A stretch of 64,000 bases of DNA from Camelus ferus (Eukaryota). Positions within the stretch are counted from its first letter, which is position 1. Each line of letters starts with the position of its first letter. The DNA is taken from positions 1,180,001-1,244,000 of the forward strand of contig NC_045697.1 in NCBI RefSeq assembly GCF_009834535.1, read 5' to 3'. The notes below the pieces were generated by a model. That model was not told where the DNA came from. It searched no databases and saw nothing but the letters and a program-made list of their open reading frames with translations. This document shows, one piece after another, positions 51,200 through 64,000 of the stretch. The translations under genes and the position numbers were made by a program.

Positions 51200-52540
51200 G
51201 GTAACAATAACAACCAAGAAATGCAAACAGGGGAAATCTTTCACTTACAATAGAGAAGAGTTATACTTAGGATACACTTAACAAAAAGGGCACAAGGCGC
51301 TCAATGATGAAAACTTAAAATCTTACGAAATGGCATAAAGCGAGCTCTGTACAAAAGGAAAGACACAGCATTGAGAAGTGCACAAAATATTTAATTCTCC
51401 CAATTATAAATGTAACGCAATTCCCATCAGAGACCCTGCAAGGCTCTTTTAATGGAAAAAATAATTTCAGAATAATATGAAATATTAAGTATCTGAAAAT
51501 AGACAAACAACATAAGCTTTTAAAAATAATAAGACTTATTTTGCCACATTATCAGAACATACGAGAAAAGCCACTGTAATCAAATCTGCATGGTATTTGA
51601 ATATGAATAGACAAAAAGATCTCTAGAACAGAGTAGACAGTCCAAAATCTGACCCCAGGACTTATGAGAATTTAGTATACGACAAAGATGTTGTTTCACC
51701 TCAGTAGAGAAGGACAGATTAATTAACAGTGACAACACAACTAGCATCACTTCTGAAAGAAAACGATATATTGGGAAAACCGGGACAAAAAAAGGCAAAG
51801 GGTTAAAACTTATACTATACAACAAGTTACACTGGTCAAAAAAGAAACAATTCAATAGAAAATGGGCAAACAATAGGGAGAGGCAATACACAAAACAGCA
51901 AATCCAAAAAGCAAACACACATGATATAATACTCAAACTTGGAGTAGTCGTGGAAATGCAAACTAAATATAATTGGAGATGGAGGTGAAGAGGTTGTCTC
52001 GTGCATTGCTGGTAAAAATGTGAATAATTAGGAACATTTTGGAAAGCAAACTGTCAACGTTTATTAAAATTAAAAATATATGCACCACCCTTGGGAGTTG
52101 GGAAGAAAAAGACAGATCCAAAGGGAGCAAAGATGGTCCTCTGGGGTGCGACCAATGTTCTGTTTCTTGATCTGGGTGGTTACAGGGGTGTTCAGTTTTT
52201 GAAATTTTGAGCCACACTCTTAGATGTGCTTTGCGTGTCTGTGTGTGTGTGTGTGTCTATTGTAACCTCAATGAAAACAGATATAAAATACATAAATTAC
52301 CTAACTGAACAATCTCACTCCTGGCTATCTGTTTCACAGAAATATATGCAATAGTAAATAGGTTCAAACCAAAACATTCATGATGGTATTGCTTCATGGC
52401 CAAGAACTGAAAACAAAGTAGACACCAATTGATGAATAACTTATATAACATCTACACCACGAAACACAGAGCCATTGAAAGCTGTATTAGCTGACTTAAA
52501 GATGCAGGAACCTGTGAAAAGATGACCCTATTTTTGAAAA
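51200..52540 (+). mobile_element. Very old L1 (L1ME-type) ORF2/3' fragments
   Basis: Degenerate L1 motifs (aatagaaaatgggcaaacaataggg, ttttggaaagcaaactgtcaac). Confidence 0.7.
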
Positions 52541-52574
52541 CAATGACCAAACCTATGTACAAAGTATGTTACAC

Positions 52575-55325
52575 ACACACAGGGCCAGGCCTGGTCCCCA
52601 GGAGGCGGACTGAGATGGAAGTCTGCACTCACAAAGCTCATCAGGGAGCGCTCTCAGGTTCAACACCTGCAGGGGAGTGGAGGATGAGGACTGGTCCAAG
52701 GTGCAGCCAGTACCAAGGCCTGTTCTGAACCTGGTGTGGTCCTGCAGATTTGTCCCCTGTTGGGTCAGGGGAGCTGGGCCTTTATACCCCAGCACCCACC
52801 AGTCTTCACCTGGTTGCTCCTGGGAAAGGGGTGTGCCCTTGGGTAAAGAAGCTCTTTGCAGCTGAGGTACTCATCAGGAGGGGCTGCGCTGTGAGCAGCA
52901 GCTGGGGGGATGAATGGGGCGGGGGGGTGGGGGGTGGGTCTGGGCGTCCGCAGTGTTCACTGCAGTCTTGCCTACGGTTCACCACACAGCACTGCTCACA
53001 GCCACCATGCTTCAGATAGGTTCTGGGAGCAGCTCCTCCAGGACTCTGGTGGGGCTCTTCCTGGGGGAGACTTTAAAGGAGTTAATGGGATGAACTGCAT
53101 CTCCTTGTCCTGCAGCTGGTCTCAAAGTTGCAAATGCTATTAACCTCCCTCTTCTACTGCCCATTCTAAGGTCCCCTCACCCTGGTTTAGCACCTCTGCT
53201 GGGCTAGGTAGTCTGCCTAATCATGACCCAAACCCTCAAGTCTGAGACGTTTAAGTCCCAGTCACCACGCTCTTCTCAGGTCATGGCCACTGCACTTACC
53301 ATCAGATTTGAGCAGTGGACCAAGAGGTGTCCAATCACATCCCCCAGGCACCAAGTGCATGCTTCCCTGCCCCAGTTATGAAACAGCAGCCCCAACTTTC
53401 CCTGATGAACAGGATGGAGATTACACTCCCTGCCTGCCAGTCTCTTGGCATAAGGAACTTGAAATAACTGGGCTGCAGCTATAGCTTGAAACTGAGTGGT
53501 ACTCCTCTTGTGCCCCTCGTGGGTTTCTCCTTGGGAGTCAAAGACTAAACCTGCAGAACCCAGACATGTAGGGGGAGAGAAACACAAATACACTGGGGGG
53601 CACTGGGAGTGATGGTAAGCAGGGCCACTCCCACTGCCACCTTTTGGTTCCCAGAGCCTTTAATTATGTACACTGGGGACACCGCACCCTGCAGTGGTCA
53701 CTTACGTAGTGTCTACTGCATCCTGGAGGCCCCCTGCGCTGAGCCTGCTGCCCACCACTCCACCACCCCATCAGACTGTGTTTCCAGCGTGCGGCCGTGA
53801 GGGAACGCATGGGTTCCATGGTCATGTGCCCACAGAAGCTCCTTCGCTGTAAAGTGGGTCCCTGAGTCCAGTGCGATGCTACACAAGATTCTGCCAGTGG
53901 ATCAAATGCTCCATGAGCCCCGGATAACTGAGCTCACTGAGGCCCTGCATATGAGAAAGGCAAACTCGTGTCTGGAATATGTGTATTCCAGTCAAGGCAA
54001 ATCACAGCAACTTTGGGGGCACAGGGGGTTCAGTGTTGCCAACTAGCCAAATGGCTGTTCTCCTCAAAGCTCAGTACTACTGGGGACCCAGCGTTCAATT
54101 TGCCGTTGGTGAGTTGGACATTCAGCAGAGGCATCAGCTAGACCGCCCCTGGGGAGGAGTGCCGTGCTGCTGGCCCACACAGAGCCTCCCCTGCAGCCCC
54201 ATGGTCACTCCACTGAAGAGCCAAGGTTGTCTGCACTGGACCAGCAGATGATGCAGGCTGGTGGACCTCAACTGGCCAAGCTATTCCAGTTTTGTTCCTT
54301 CCTTTGACACTCTGCCTCACGTGGCTGCTCTGTCTCCTATTCTTGTGAGCTTCAGTTTGCTTTACTCCTTGGCAACTAATCCCATGACTCATTAATAATC
54401 CTTTAAACTTTCCTGGTTCAAATTACTATATGGTTTCTGTTCCCTGAATCATACACTCACTTAACACTCCCAGTACCTCTTAGCCAGGTTATGTTGTGAC
54501 TTAATGGCCAAGAGAGAAAGAGGTGTCAGTTCTTGAGGAAGAATGAGTTATTTTTCAAGACAGAACCCTCTTGTATTGTCTTCAAGCTAGTGGGGAGGGG
54601 AGGGCGGGGGTTGGAGAGATGGGGGCTGGCTTTGAATACAGAGAAGCAGCTACTTCTGCAGGTCCGGAAGCATCTGGGATTCAAGATTTGAAGGCACCAA
54701 TCCAGATGTCCCCATCCTGCATCTCAGGGCCCTGACCCAAAGGCAGAACACCTGCCAGGACTGAGAATGCAACCTCCTCTGGAGCTCTACCAGCCTCACC
54801 AGGCACAGGGACTATAACTGCAGGTGGCTCTCTACAGGCTAGCAGACATGCCCTCTGGTTATCATATGTAGCTTTTGATTGCTAATTAATCACCCTCAGC
54901 CTTTGTCTTTTTCCAAAGGATCTATTATACCCAGCCACAGCCACCAATTCCATTCTCTCCCACTGCCTTGCACTTATTGCCCAGCAGCCTGGGCAGCTGC
55001 ATCACTGGTATGCTGGACCAGTCACCCCTAGTAAAAGCATTAACTGCCCGGCTGCCATCTGTACTCCATCCACGACGGGTGTGAAGTCACCAGTGCCAGC
55101 CTGCCCGAGGGTGACCCAACTTCAAAATGCCACGTCTGCTTTCTCAGACCACTGCTAGCACCAACTGTAGCAGATCAAGTTCCCTGGGAACCAGACTGAG
55201 CTTTGCCTGCAGCAGTTTACCAGGGGACAGTCTTGGGAGCAGGACTGAGGCGGGAGCTCAAATGTGATACAGTTGCAACAAAGGCCTTGGCCATCCTATC
55301 TGAGGAAGCGGGGGTCTGGACGGCA
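52575..55325 (-). mobile_element. Decayed, internally deleted ERVL provirus with LTR16-like ends
   Basis: Related LTR-like segments at about 52575-52990 and 55167-55325; minus-strand ttggtgctagcagtggtctgagaaag internal start next to the right LTR. Confidence 0.65.
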
Positions 55326-56829
55326 CGGCATAGTCACACACACAAGCTATAATTACAATTATACAATTACAAATTATGGAAACAGACAAAAATATAAAAG
55401 GCATATGCTAAGTCCTTAACATGGGTTAGCAATGAGAGAAGTTTCAACAAAGAAAAAGCCTGAGCTAAGAAAACAAAGTATATATAAACCCTTTCACCGT
55501 GTGTAAATATGCAAAAAGAAATTTTTTAATATGGGATTATGGACGTTGTTTTTGGTTTTTCTGTTTTCAAAAAGCCCCCTCTTCTCTTGAAGTATAACAA
55601 ACAAAAAAAGACCCTCCAAAACAGAGAATGTAACATATATTTAAAAATAGTGAAGTATGTATTATGTTTGTAGAAAGCTTACAAATCAGTAAGAGTTGAA
55701 TTCAGATCAGCCCAGCTGAGGTAGCATCACATAAGAACACCTCTGCCTGCCTTCAGAGAGCTCAAACATACCATGAGTTAAAGCATTGCGCAAATAACCA
55801 AAAACTACCTCACAGGAAGCTCTCCGAGCTGCAAAGGAATCAAAAGCAGTTTACTTCCAATAAGCATGCTGGTAATGGAAGCATCGTTTGAGCAGAACCT
55901 TGTAAGATGCTGTGCTTTCACCACTCAGTGTTGTGTGTGAAGGAGAGAAGGAAAAGGTACGCAGAGCATGAGCTGAGAACGTCCCATCTGCAAGTTAGGG
56001 TCAAATCCGAACGGGGCACAGACTTAGAAGGGCAGGCGAGGGCCAGGATGCTCTGCAGGAACACACACGGATGTCTGTGCAGATCAACTCTGCACAGCTG
56101 ACAGGAGCTGAGCCAATTCCAGCATTGGTGCGAAGCCAAGACCAAAGTGGCGATAAACGGATGGTGAACAGCAAGTAGGAAACCACTGCAAATTTCCCAG
56201 TGAGAAGCAATGGAGTCTTGAATTAGGACAGTGGGAACTGGATCCAGCACCGGACAAAGGTTGCTAAGTGACAGGACAGAAGTAGTTTATGTTTACCTGA
56301 TAGAAATAAAAATAATGCTCATCCATATACTCTTGACTAAGATGAACATAATCAAAATAAATCTATCCTGTCATTTAGCTTTACATTATCTGTCCTTGAG
56401 ATTGCAAAGTCCCACCAGATGGTGGGAATAAAGACACACTTCACATTAATGAATTGGATTTTGACAAATATTTACCTTGAGGAGTCTTAAACCTGTATTA
56501 ATTTGTAATATCTGCAAAACTATTTTTATTTTACTAGAAAAAAATTCACCTCTAAGCTCTATTAAGTTAAAAAAGAATTTGTACTAGAAAATGTTATTTG
56601 GTTTCTATAGGTACTCTGAAAAAATACAGAAATGTTTTCTAATAAATACGTGTTTAATCATATGTATCATACTATACATAGCACCAGGACAGCTGACCAC
56701 CTTAAACTCACCCTGAAAAATCCTCCTTCTCCCCCAGTATTTACCAAAGACTTTCAGTGGCATTACTGAGCACTAAAATGACAATGAAAATTTAAGTCAG
56801 ATTAACACAATTCTGAATCTAGTTTAAAG

Positions 56830-57260
56830 GTGTATGAGTTAAGGCAAAAAGCTAAGCTACAGTCACAAAAAACCCACCAACACAATGGTTTAATAAACAA
56901 AATTTATTTCTCTCTCCTGTTCTGAGGAGAGTGGTCTCAGCTGGTGACGCAGCTGTTTCATGAAGTCACTCTGGAACCTGGGTTCCTTCCAGCACATTGT
57001 TCCACAATCCTCTAGGACACTGTTATCATTTGTAGGATTGGAAAGGAGTCGTTCTAGGTTCCAACCTGAGGAAAGGAAAAAGGCCAGCTAGGAAGCAAGT
57101 CAGACATCTTTGGGCCTACCCTGGAAATGGCACACACCCCACTGACAGAAGCCCGCCACCTGGTCACCCTGACTGTAAGGAGACTGAACCACGTAGTCTG
57201 ACGGTGCATCTTGAAGGGAAGGACGGATGCTGGTGCGGCGGCCAAAGAGTAATCTCTGCT
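56830..57260 (-). mobile_element. MLT1-type MaLR LTR remnant
   Basis: aatggtttaataaacaaaatttatttctctctc, ctgactgtaaggagactg motifs. Confidence 0.55.
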
Positions 57261-57391
57261 TAAAAAGGCCTTTGGAGCAATGTAAAATGCCCATGATCAG
57301 GAAGTGGGAAGTGGTGCCATAAAAGTCAGGATAATGGTTACCTTTGAGTAGGGGAGAGATTTTTTTTTTTCTGGATATGTCATTTTTTTTT

Positions 57392-58502
57392 AAACAGCAA
57401 CATTATTTATAATTGCCAAGATACAGAAGCATCTTAAGTGCACATCAATAGATGAATGGATAAAGAAGATGTAGCATATATATGCAATGGAATACAACTG
57501 ACCCATAAAAAAGGGTACTTTCCTATTTGAGATACTTTATTCATATTTTTTTTTCCATTTCAAAAACCAGAATTTTATAACTGGCATAAACATTTCCATT
57601 GCACCAAAAACAACAAAATACCTAGAAATAAACTTAAACAAGGTTATCTATACTCTGAAAACTGTAAAACATTGATGAAGGAAATTGAAGATGATACAAA
57701 GAAATGGAAAGATTTCTTGTGCTCTTGACTTCTAAGAATCAACATTATCAAAATGGCCACACTACCCAAAGCCATCCACAGATCCAATGTATCCCCTGTC
57801 AAAATACTCATGACATTCTTCACAGAACTAGAATAAACAATTCCAAAACTTACATGGAACCATAAAATATCCCAAATTACCAAAGCAATCTTTTGTAGGT
57901 CTTTTTTTTTTTTCTTCTTCTTTTTGTTCTCTTTTCTTATGGTTTGATGACTAGAGAAGTTCCTTTAACATTTGTTGTAAAGCTGGCTTGGTGGTGCTGA
58001 AATCTTCTAGCTTTCGTTTATCTGTGAAGCTTTTGATTTCTCCATCAAGTCTGAACGAGAGCCTTGCTGGATAGAGTGTTCTTGGTTTTAAGTTTTTTCC
58101 TTTCATTGCTTTAAATATATCTTGCCACTCCCTTCTGGCCTGTAGAGTTTCTGCTGAAAAATCAGCTGATAACCTTATGGGAGTTCCCTAGCATGTCTGT
58201 TGCTTTCCTCTTGCTAATTTTAATATTTTCTCCTTATCCTTAATTTTTGTCAACTTGATGACTGTGTGCCTTGGTGTGTTCCTCTTTGGGCTGATCCTGT
58301 GTGGAGCTCTTTGCACATCCTGGACTTGGGAGACTTTCCTTTCCCAAGTTGGGGAAGTTTTTAGTTATTATCTCTTCAAAAGTTTTCTCAGGTCCTTTCT
58401 CTCGTCTCTTTCTGGGACCCTTATAATGAGAATATTCGTGCGCTTCATGTTGTCCCAGAGTGCTCTCACACAATCCTTATTTCTTTTCATTCCTTTTTCT
58501 GT
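57392..58502. mobile_element. Rearranged L1 cluster: + ORF2 end (about 57392-57530), + ORF2 middle (about 57590-57892), - ORF1 (about 57930-58500)
   Basis: ORF 58240-58473 (-) KGPEKTFEEIITKNFPNLGKE is L1 ORF1p-like; plus-strand pieces are ORF2-like. Confidence 0.85.
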
Positions 58503-58846
58503 TCAAGCAGGGAGAGAGTTTTAACCAAGAAGGAAATTTTGAGGTGTTGGCAACAAAAGTGTAAGTTATATGATGTCCTCTTTATATTAATTCATTAAGC
58601 TGTATTTTATTTACAGTGCTTTCTGAATTCAGTTTTGGTATTTATCTGGTACAAAATGCACTTTCAGAAATGAAGCACTTATTTACAATATCTTGCTTAT
58701 GAGGGAGAAGGATTTGACATTAACAGTTCAGTATGTGACAAGAGCCCAGGAGTCAGTTAAGTCTTAGGCTCAGCATCATTCATCAATAAACCACCAGCAA
58801 CTCTGACTCAGATTTATACGAAATAAGAATAAAACTGGTGGGACTC

Positions 58847-59385
58847 TGGGGTAGACGGACTCTAAGGTGGTCCCAAGACCCCTGCCTCCTAGTATTCACA
58901 CACTTGTGTAACCCCTTGAGCGTGGGTGGGACTTACTGACTCACTTGTAACCAACAGTATACAGTGAAGGTGATAAAATGTTTGTGATTACCTTACAGAA
59001 GACTGTAATGTCAGTCTTGTGGGGGACATTCTTGCTGGCTTTGAGAAAGCAAGCTGCTAGAATGGAAAGCTGCCTATGCAGAGAACCACGCGGAAAGGAA
59101 CTGAGGGTGGCTTCCAGCTAACGGTCAGGGGAGAAACTGAGACCCTCAGTCCAAGAGCCTACAAGGAACTGAATTCTGCCGCCAACCATGTGAGCCTGCA
59201 AGCGAACGCTTCCTTATTCGAGTCTCAGATGAGCTTCCAGCCCCAGCTGACACCCACACCTCAACTGCAGAGGCCCCGCTAAGCTGTGCCCAGGCTCCCA
59301 AACCACAGAAACTGTGAGACAACAAGTGTGTGTTATTTTAAGACACTAGTTTATAGTAAGAGTGTTATACAGCAACAAATATACA
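58847..59385 (+). mobile_element. MLT1E/F-like MaLR LTR
   Basis: cttgctggctttgagaaagcaagctgc, aaggaactgaattctgccgccaaccatgtgagc, agaaactgtgagacaacaagtgtgtgttattttaag. Confidence 0.88.
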
Positions 59386-60527
59386 GAATCTCTGTGAAAA
59401 TTCCACTATTTTTCCAAACCCAAGAACACTTGACAGAAAAGTAATACCTTCTCTTTTCCTATTAATTGTCTCAATAAATTTATGAAAACTAGGACTTTAA
59501 TGTGGTATTTTAAGAGCATGACAAGGGAGTTCAAGAGATGGGCTTAACTGCCATAAATTTTTCAACAAAGACACACATTATAGCCTCCAGAGGCATTTTA
59601 TTTTATTATCAGTTTTTGAAGGAAAGTCTCTTTCTAGTTCTGTCAAGTGCACAGTGCTCTTTTATTTTAGAAAGCAAGTATACAGAACAAAGCTCTTTGA
59701 TGTTTAAATATTTATCTTTCTTTATTATTCCCCCCAGCAATATCATTCCCTCTAAAAACCACCAATTGCTTGTTATGTAGTACGTACCCTGAAACTCTCA
59801 CTGGCTCATTATTAGTGACTTCTGTAACAAGGGCAACAGACACCTGATTACGAATAGATCAAAATGTTAAGCGCTATGATATCTTTATCAAGAAACTGCA
59901 TTCATAACAGCTTTGCACTATTTGTCAATACTATCAATTATTTCATTTCAATATAACTACTCAATTATATCTTACTCATTATAACCTAGCTTGTAGAAAA
60001 GAAAAACAAATTATTGGCCCAGACTTACAAATTTAACATAAAAACTCCCTTCCTAATTAAAATAAAAACAACCTGGTATTCCAGACATTTCAGTCACACT
60101 TGTGAGCATGTCACCGGTTTTACTGTTACACGACGTCTTAAACGTATGTACACAGATCCACTGATCGTTGCCACCTAAGAGTTTATACATTTCTACAGCA
60201 GTATAATACATATTGTCAAAACCGCTTCTCTCGTCCACCACACACAATAAGCAAATACTACATACAGGTTCAATGACCTGAGAGCAAGGGTGAAGCAACA
60301 GGCACTGTAAAAGAGTCCATCTCTTCTGAGGTTAAACAGCTGATCCAGACTCTAAGCGAATGTGCGACAAGGAAGAGAGTGTTACATTTTTAAAGCAGTA
60401 AGGGCTAAGGTAACAGGAAACTTAGTGAGCAGCTCAGTCATCACTGCATGAGAGTAAAGTACCAGGGAGCTGGGCTCCATTCTAGACAATACAAAATGCT
60501 ACAAAATAACTCTGCTACATTTTATTT

Positions 60528-60945
60528 TGTGAAAATTAACAAAGCGAGACTTCACTAAAGTAGAGTCAGGAGACCAGAAGAGGGAGCTCTCAGGCAGCAC
60601 CACTCACAGTCAATGACAGAAGAATCATCAGTTACAGTCCCCAACAGATGCATCATCACAGGAAAGATCACTTACGGGTCCCAACAGGATGTACCCTGTG
60701 TCTCCAAAAGAAACCAACTGCCCCAGCAACTCAGCCAGTGGGAAACCAAACCACCCTAAACTCTCACTTTTCTCCAATGGACTTCGGTTTGTTCAAAACA
60801 ATCCTTCCCAACTTCTTCCTTTTTCTCTATAAAATAATGTGCCTATGGCTTTTGAATAGCATACTTGTCCCAATTTGCAATTCTCTGCTATTCTTGAATA
60901 AACCCATTTTCGCTGGTAAAATAACTCTGATTTTTAAGGTAAACA
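60528..60945 (+). mobile_element. MER34-like ERV1 solo LTR
   Basis: TG...CA, TSD attt at 60524-60527 and 60946-60949; TATAAAA at about 60828 and AATAAA at about 60897. Confidence 0.85.
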
Positions 60946-61012
60946 ATTTTCAAAACTAGGTCTTAAGAACAATTAACATTCAAGGTAACAAAAGGTTCAT
61001 AAAGTTACTCAC

Positions 61013-61145
61013 TCTTTTCACTTTCTCTCCAGTTCTGAGACGCCACTAAATCACCTGAATGCATAGCAGTCATAATCTTCTGAGCAACACTGGAAAGTGG
61101 TATCTCACAGAGATCAAAGCCTACAAAGGCCTCATAATTTTCCAT
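61013..61145 (-). CDS. POLN: DNA polymerase nu, coding exon 1 (133 nt coding; exon acceptor boundary at 61157)
   Basis: [44 protein letters not shown] matches the POLN N-terminus (MENYEALVGFDLC...). Acceptor tttag, donor GTGAGT. Confidence 0.96.
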
Positions 61146-62564
61146 TTTCATAAAATCCTAAACATAAATAAACATAACATCCATATATTAATTTTGAAAT
61201 TTCAAAATAAGAAACAAATTATGTGAAAATTCCTATGTAGAGATGTTCATAAAAATTGCTATATTCACCACTACAGGAAATAGGTATCAATTGTCCCCAT
61301 AATACAGATAGGATAGTAAGAAGAGAGCAAAACACACAGAGGCTCAATTGGGTATTATGGCAAACAGGTGACAAAGTCAAGAGCCTGCCATCCAGGTGAC
61401 CAATTCTGAAGCAATCTCCTCAAATATTTCCTACTTCCTGAGACTTGAAATGAACAGCTGTTACAATCTTCAAACATACAAATCTAGTAACAAAAACTAT
61501 TTTTAACTGACATGGGTAATTATGGCAGATACACAACCTGACATCCTTTCCCTTCCACTGCTCAGCTGTACTGGCCCCCTGTGATGAGTGGGTGAAGGTC
61601 TGGAAGGACAGCACAAATCATCGAATAGCTGGTCATGCATCTAACACATCTGGCAGTAATCTAAACACAATTTCCTGTTTCATGAACCAGAAAACCAGGT
61701 GACATTTTCCTACACTATTGGAAAGAAGAAAAATTTTCAGTAAATTCTCGATTCCAAGGTAGGGCAGAAGGAAAAAAAAGAACAAAAAAAAAGGTCACCT
61801 GTGAGGAGCTAACAGTGAAGTCTTAAGCAAAATTTATTACTACAAATTTTTCAAGCATATTGAGATCTACTTAATAAATACAAAACTTTAATGCACAAAC
61901 ACAGTAAGACAAAACATATTTGTTCAAAGAATTACAAAAATTGTCAAAGCCCATATATGTCATCTAAGCACGCCCATTTTCTGATGGTTACAGCTAAAGA
62001 ATTCCATTAAGACCACCTAAAATGCAGTCTTTAGACTGGCAGTCCACATTAAAAACAGGCAATACATTCTTGGATCAGGAATAGTCTTGAAAGTATTATC
62101 TGTATCTTCTCTATTCTCCACAAAGTTTACTTAGTATGTAACACAGGCCACATATAAATCAAGCACTCAAGAAGTACTTGATGTAATAATTGATAAATAA
62201 GCTACTTCAAATTATTTTACACTAACTCTTAAAATAATTTCTAATTGTCCAAATACTACACTTCTAGCCCAACTAATACAGTCCAGCATTTAAGTATTTT
62301 CACTCCTAAGAAACTAATTGAAACAGCATTATACATCATCTGAGCAACCACTTCTACACTGAAGTCAAAGCACTGCAGAAATGTTGAGTCCCCAGGACCC
62401 AACCTCTAAGATGAGCAATGGCCAATGGAGACCTGATGTTCTCTGTGGTATAAGCGTGAACACCAAAACAGTCTCAAAGTCTACAGCAGGGAATTGCCAG
62501 GGAAGACAGCTTGAGTGGCAGAATTTTACTTTATAGACAAATATGAGGGGATTCAACTATTTCA

Positions 62565-62872
62565 TTTATTAAGTACACAGTTTTAACAATGCTGACTATA
62601 AAATTTTTAAATATTTAAGAGCAGAAAATTTCTCTCTCTTAAAAAAAGTAGAGATGTAATTAGCTCTATTAAAAATATCTGCATTGACATAATGCTTTTC
62701 CCCTGTAAGTTATAAGTTACCAGGACTAAGTGACACCAAGCAAACGTTCACGTCATAAAAAACTCTGGTACTCTGAACAAACGTAAGAAAAAAACCAAAT
62801 TGATATAATACTTGAATTAATTCAGTGAAATGCTCTATTGACTTTGAAGTCAAAATTTTCATAGTGTTTATT
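62565..62872 (-). terminator. Candidate HAUS3 polyadenylation signals (AATAAA at 62872-62867 and 62570-62565)
   Basis: Two AATAAA hexamers on the minus strand downstream of the HAUS3 stop. Which one is used cannot be told from sequence. Confidence 0.4.
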
Positions 62873-62947
62873 GGCTATACTCTCCTTTTAATAATATAAA
62901 ACATTGAAATACAGCATATACAGTAAAGATTCCATTTTTAGTAATTT

Positions 62948-63181
62948 TCAATCTTCAAGACCAATGGTCTTAATCTTTGATTGGTTTTCTAAATTCTCCA
63001 CAGTATCTTTCAGATAATCTTCATCTTTTAAAAAATACACATATAATTCTCTTTCCATTTGATGCAGTTTATTAGATGCCAAAATTTTTCTTTTTGTCTT
63101 CACGTCAGCAAGAATATCAGTAAGAAGATGATTTAGCTTATTTAGTTGAGATTCAACTTGATGAAACTGCTCCATTAACTC
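62948..63181 (-). CDS. HAUS3: HAUS augmin-like complex subunit 3, last coding exon
   Basis: Acceptor ttttag at 63183-63182. Translates ELMEQFHQVESQLNKLNHLLTDILADVKTKRKILASNKLHQMERELYVYFLKDEDYLKDTVENLENQSKIKTIGLED-stop, matching the recalled mammalian HAUS3 C-terminus. Position just upstream of POLN coding exons fits the known nested arrangement. Confidence 0.96.
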   Translation of the reverse strand, partial: ELMEQFHQVESQLNKLNHLLTDILADVKTKRKILASNKLHQMERELYVYFLKDEDYLKDTVENLENQSKIKTIGLED

Positions 63182-64000
63182 CTAAAAAGGAAAATAATAA
63201 TGGTTTTAATGCAAGAGCTCTATTCATAACACCAATTATAAATCTGAAATGTAGCTTACACAGAAAGAATCTAAATCATATAATTATTCCCACAATTTTA
63301 ACAATAAATGAACTTCAAATAAAAATCCACAGCATGTTTAATAAAAACTCCATATAAGATCCATTGCAACAACTTCCTGTACGTAATTTTAAGTGAGTCA
63401 AAGCACTCTTACTCCCTGAAGATTATTTGATATGTAAGGTGTTCTGCATATTTATACATTCAACAAATATTACTGAATGCCTACCACATGCCACACACTG
63501 TTTTAGAGACTACAAATATAAGAATGAATGCTGTTTCCTTCATGGAGTTTACATTCTGTTAAGTAACCAAATCTTGTTTTAACCTAATCTCTGTTTACTC
63601 AGACATTGAAGTACAGAGAAAAACCTTGAAATGAAGCAATTACAAATAAAAAAGGAACTACTTTAACAAACATCTCTGTTTTTCTTTTCTCTTATTGTTA
63701 CAGAAGATGGAACTATATGTGACATTCAACAATCCTGACTTACCATGCAATTCTTCTCAAGAACCTAGACATGCTGGACTCTTCACATTTAACACATTGC
63801 AATTCCTCATTTCTTAGAATTAAAGGCAGTTTATTAGCAAGTTGCCATGGCTTTCTAATCATGTATTCTACTCCTATAATTTTTCAGGCAGTATTACCAA
63901 GAGGTTCTCAGAAAATCTGGAGCTGTAACTACCTCAACCTTCCATGGCTTCTCAGCATGGCCCACAGCATGGTAATCACCAGGTACGTTTACTCTGAATA

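Overview
Mammalian genomic DNA, probably camelid (inferred from tRNA-derived SINEs resembling alpaca Vic-1 and from artiodactyl-type L1 3' tails). The minus strand carries the last coding exon of HAUS3 (62948-63181), followed about 1.8 kb later by 14 consecutive coding exons of POLN (DNA polymerase nu, family A). These run from the start codon at 61145 down to the [13 protein letters not shown] exon at 14959-15024. Spliced by hand they give 1734 nt (578 codons) with consistent phases and no stop; the remaining C-terminal POLN exons were not found and probably lie left of the window. Introns are dominated by repeats: a full-length L1 with an 11-bp target-site duplication (25517-32681), many L1/L2/MIR fragments, several solo LTRs, a decayed ERVL provirus, four SINEs and a 5x40-bp minisatellite. 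Points worth a second look: an orphan CpG island deep in a POLN intron, an unexplained exon-like cassette present twice 2.1 kb apart, a tail-less internal L1 RT fragment, a GC-AG intron and a weak acceptor in POLN, and local CpG gain in old L1 sequence. I found no convincing new biological system. Repeat family names are from memory of consensus sequences, and most repeat boundaries without a TSD are approximate.
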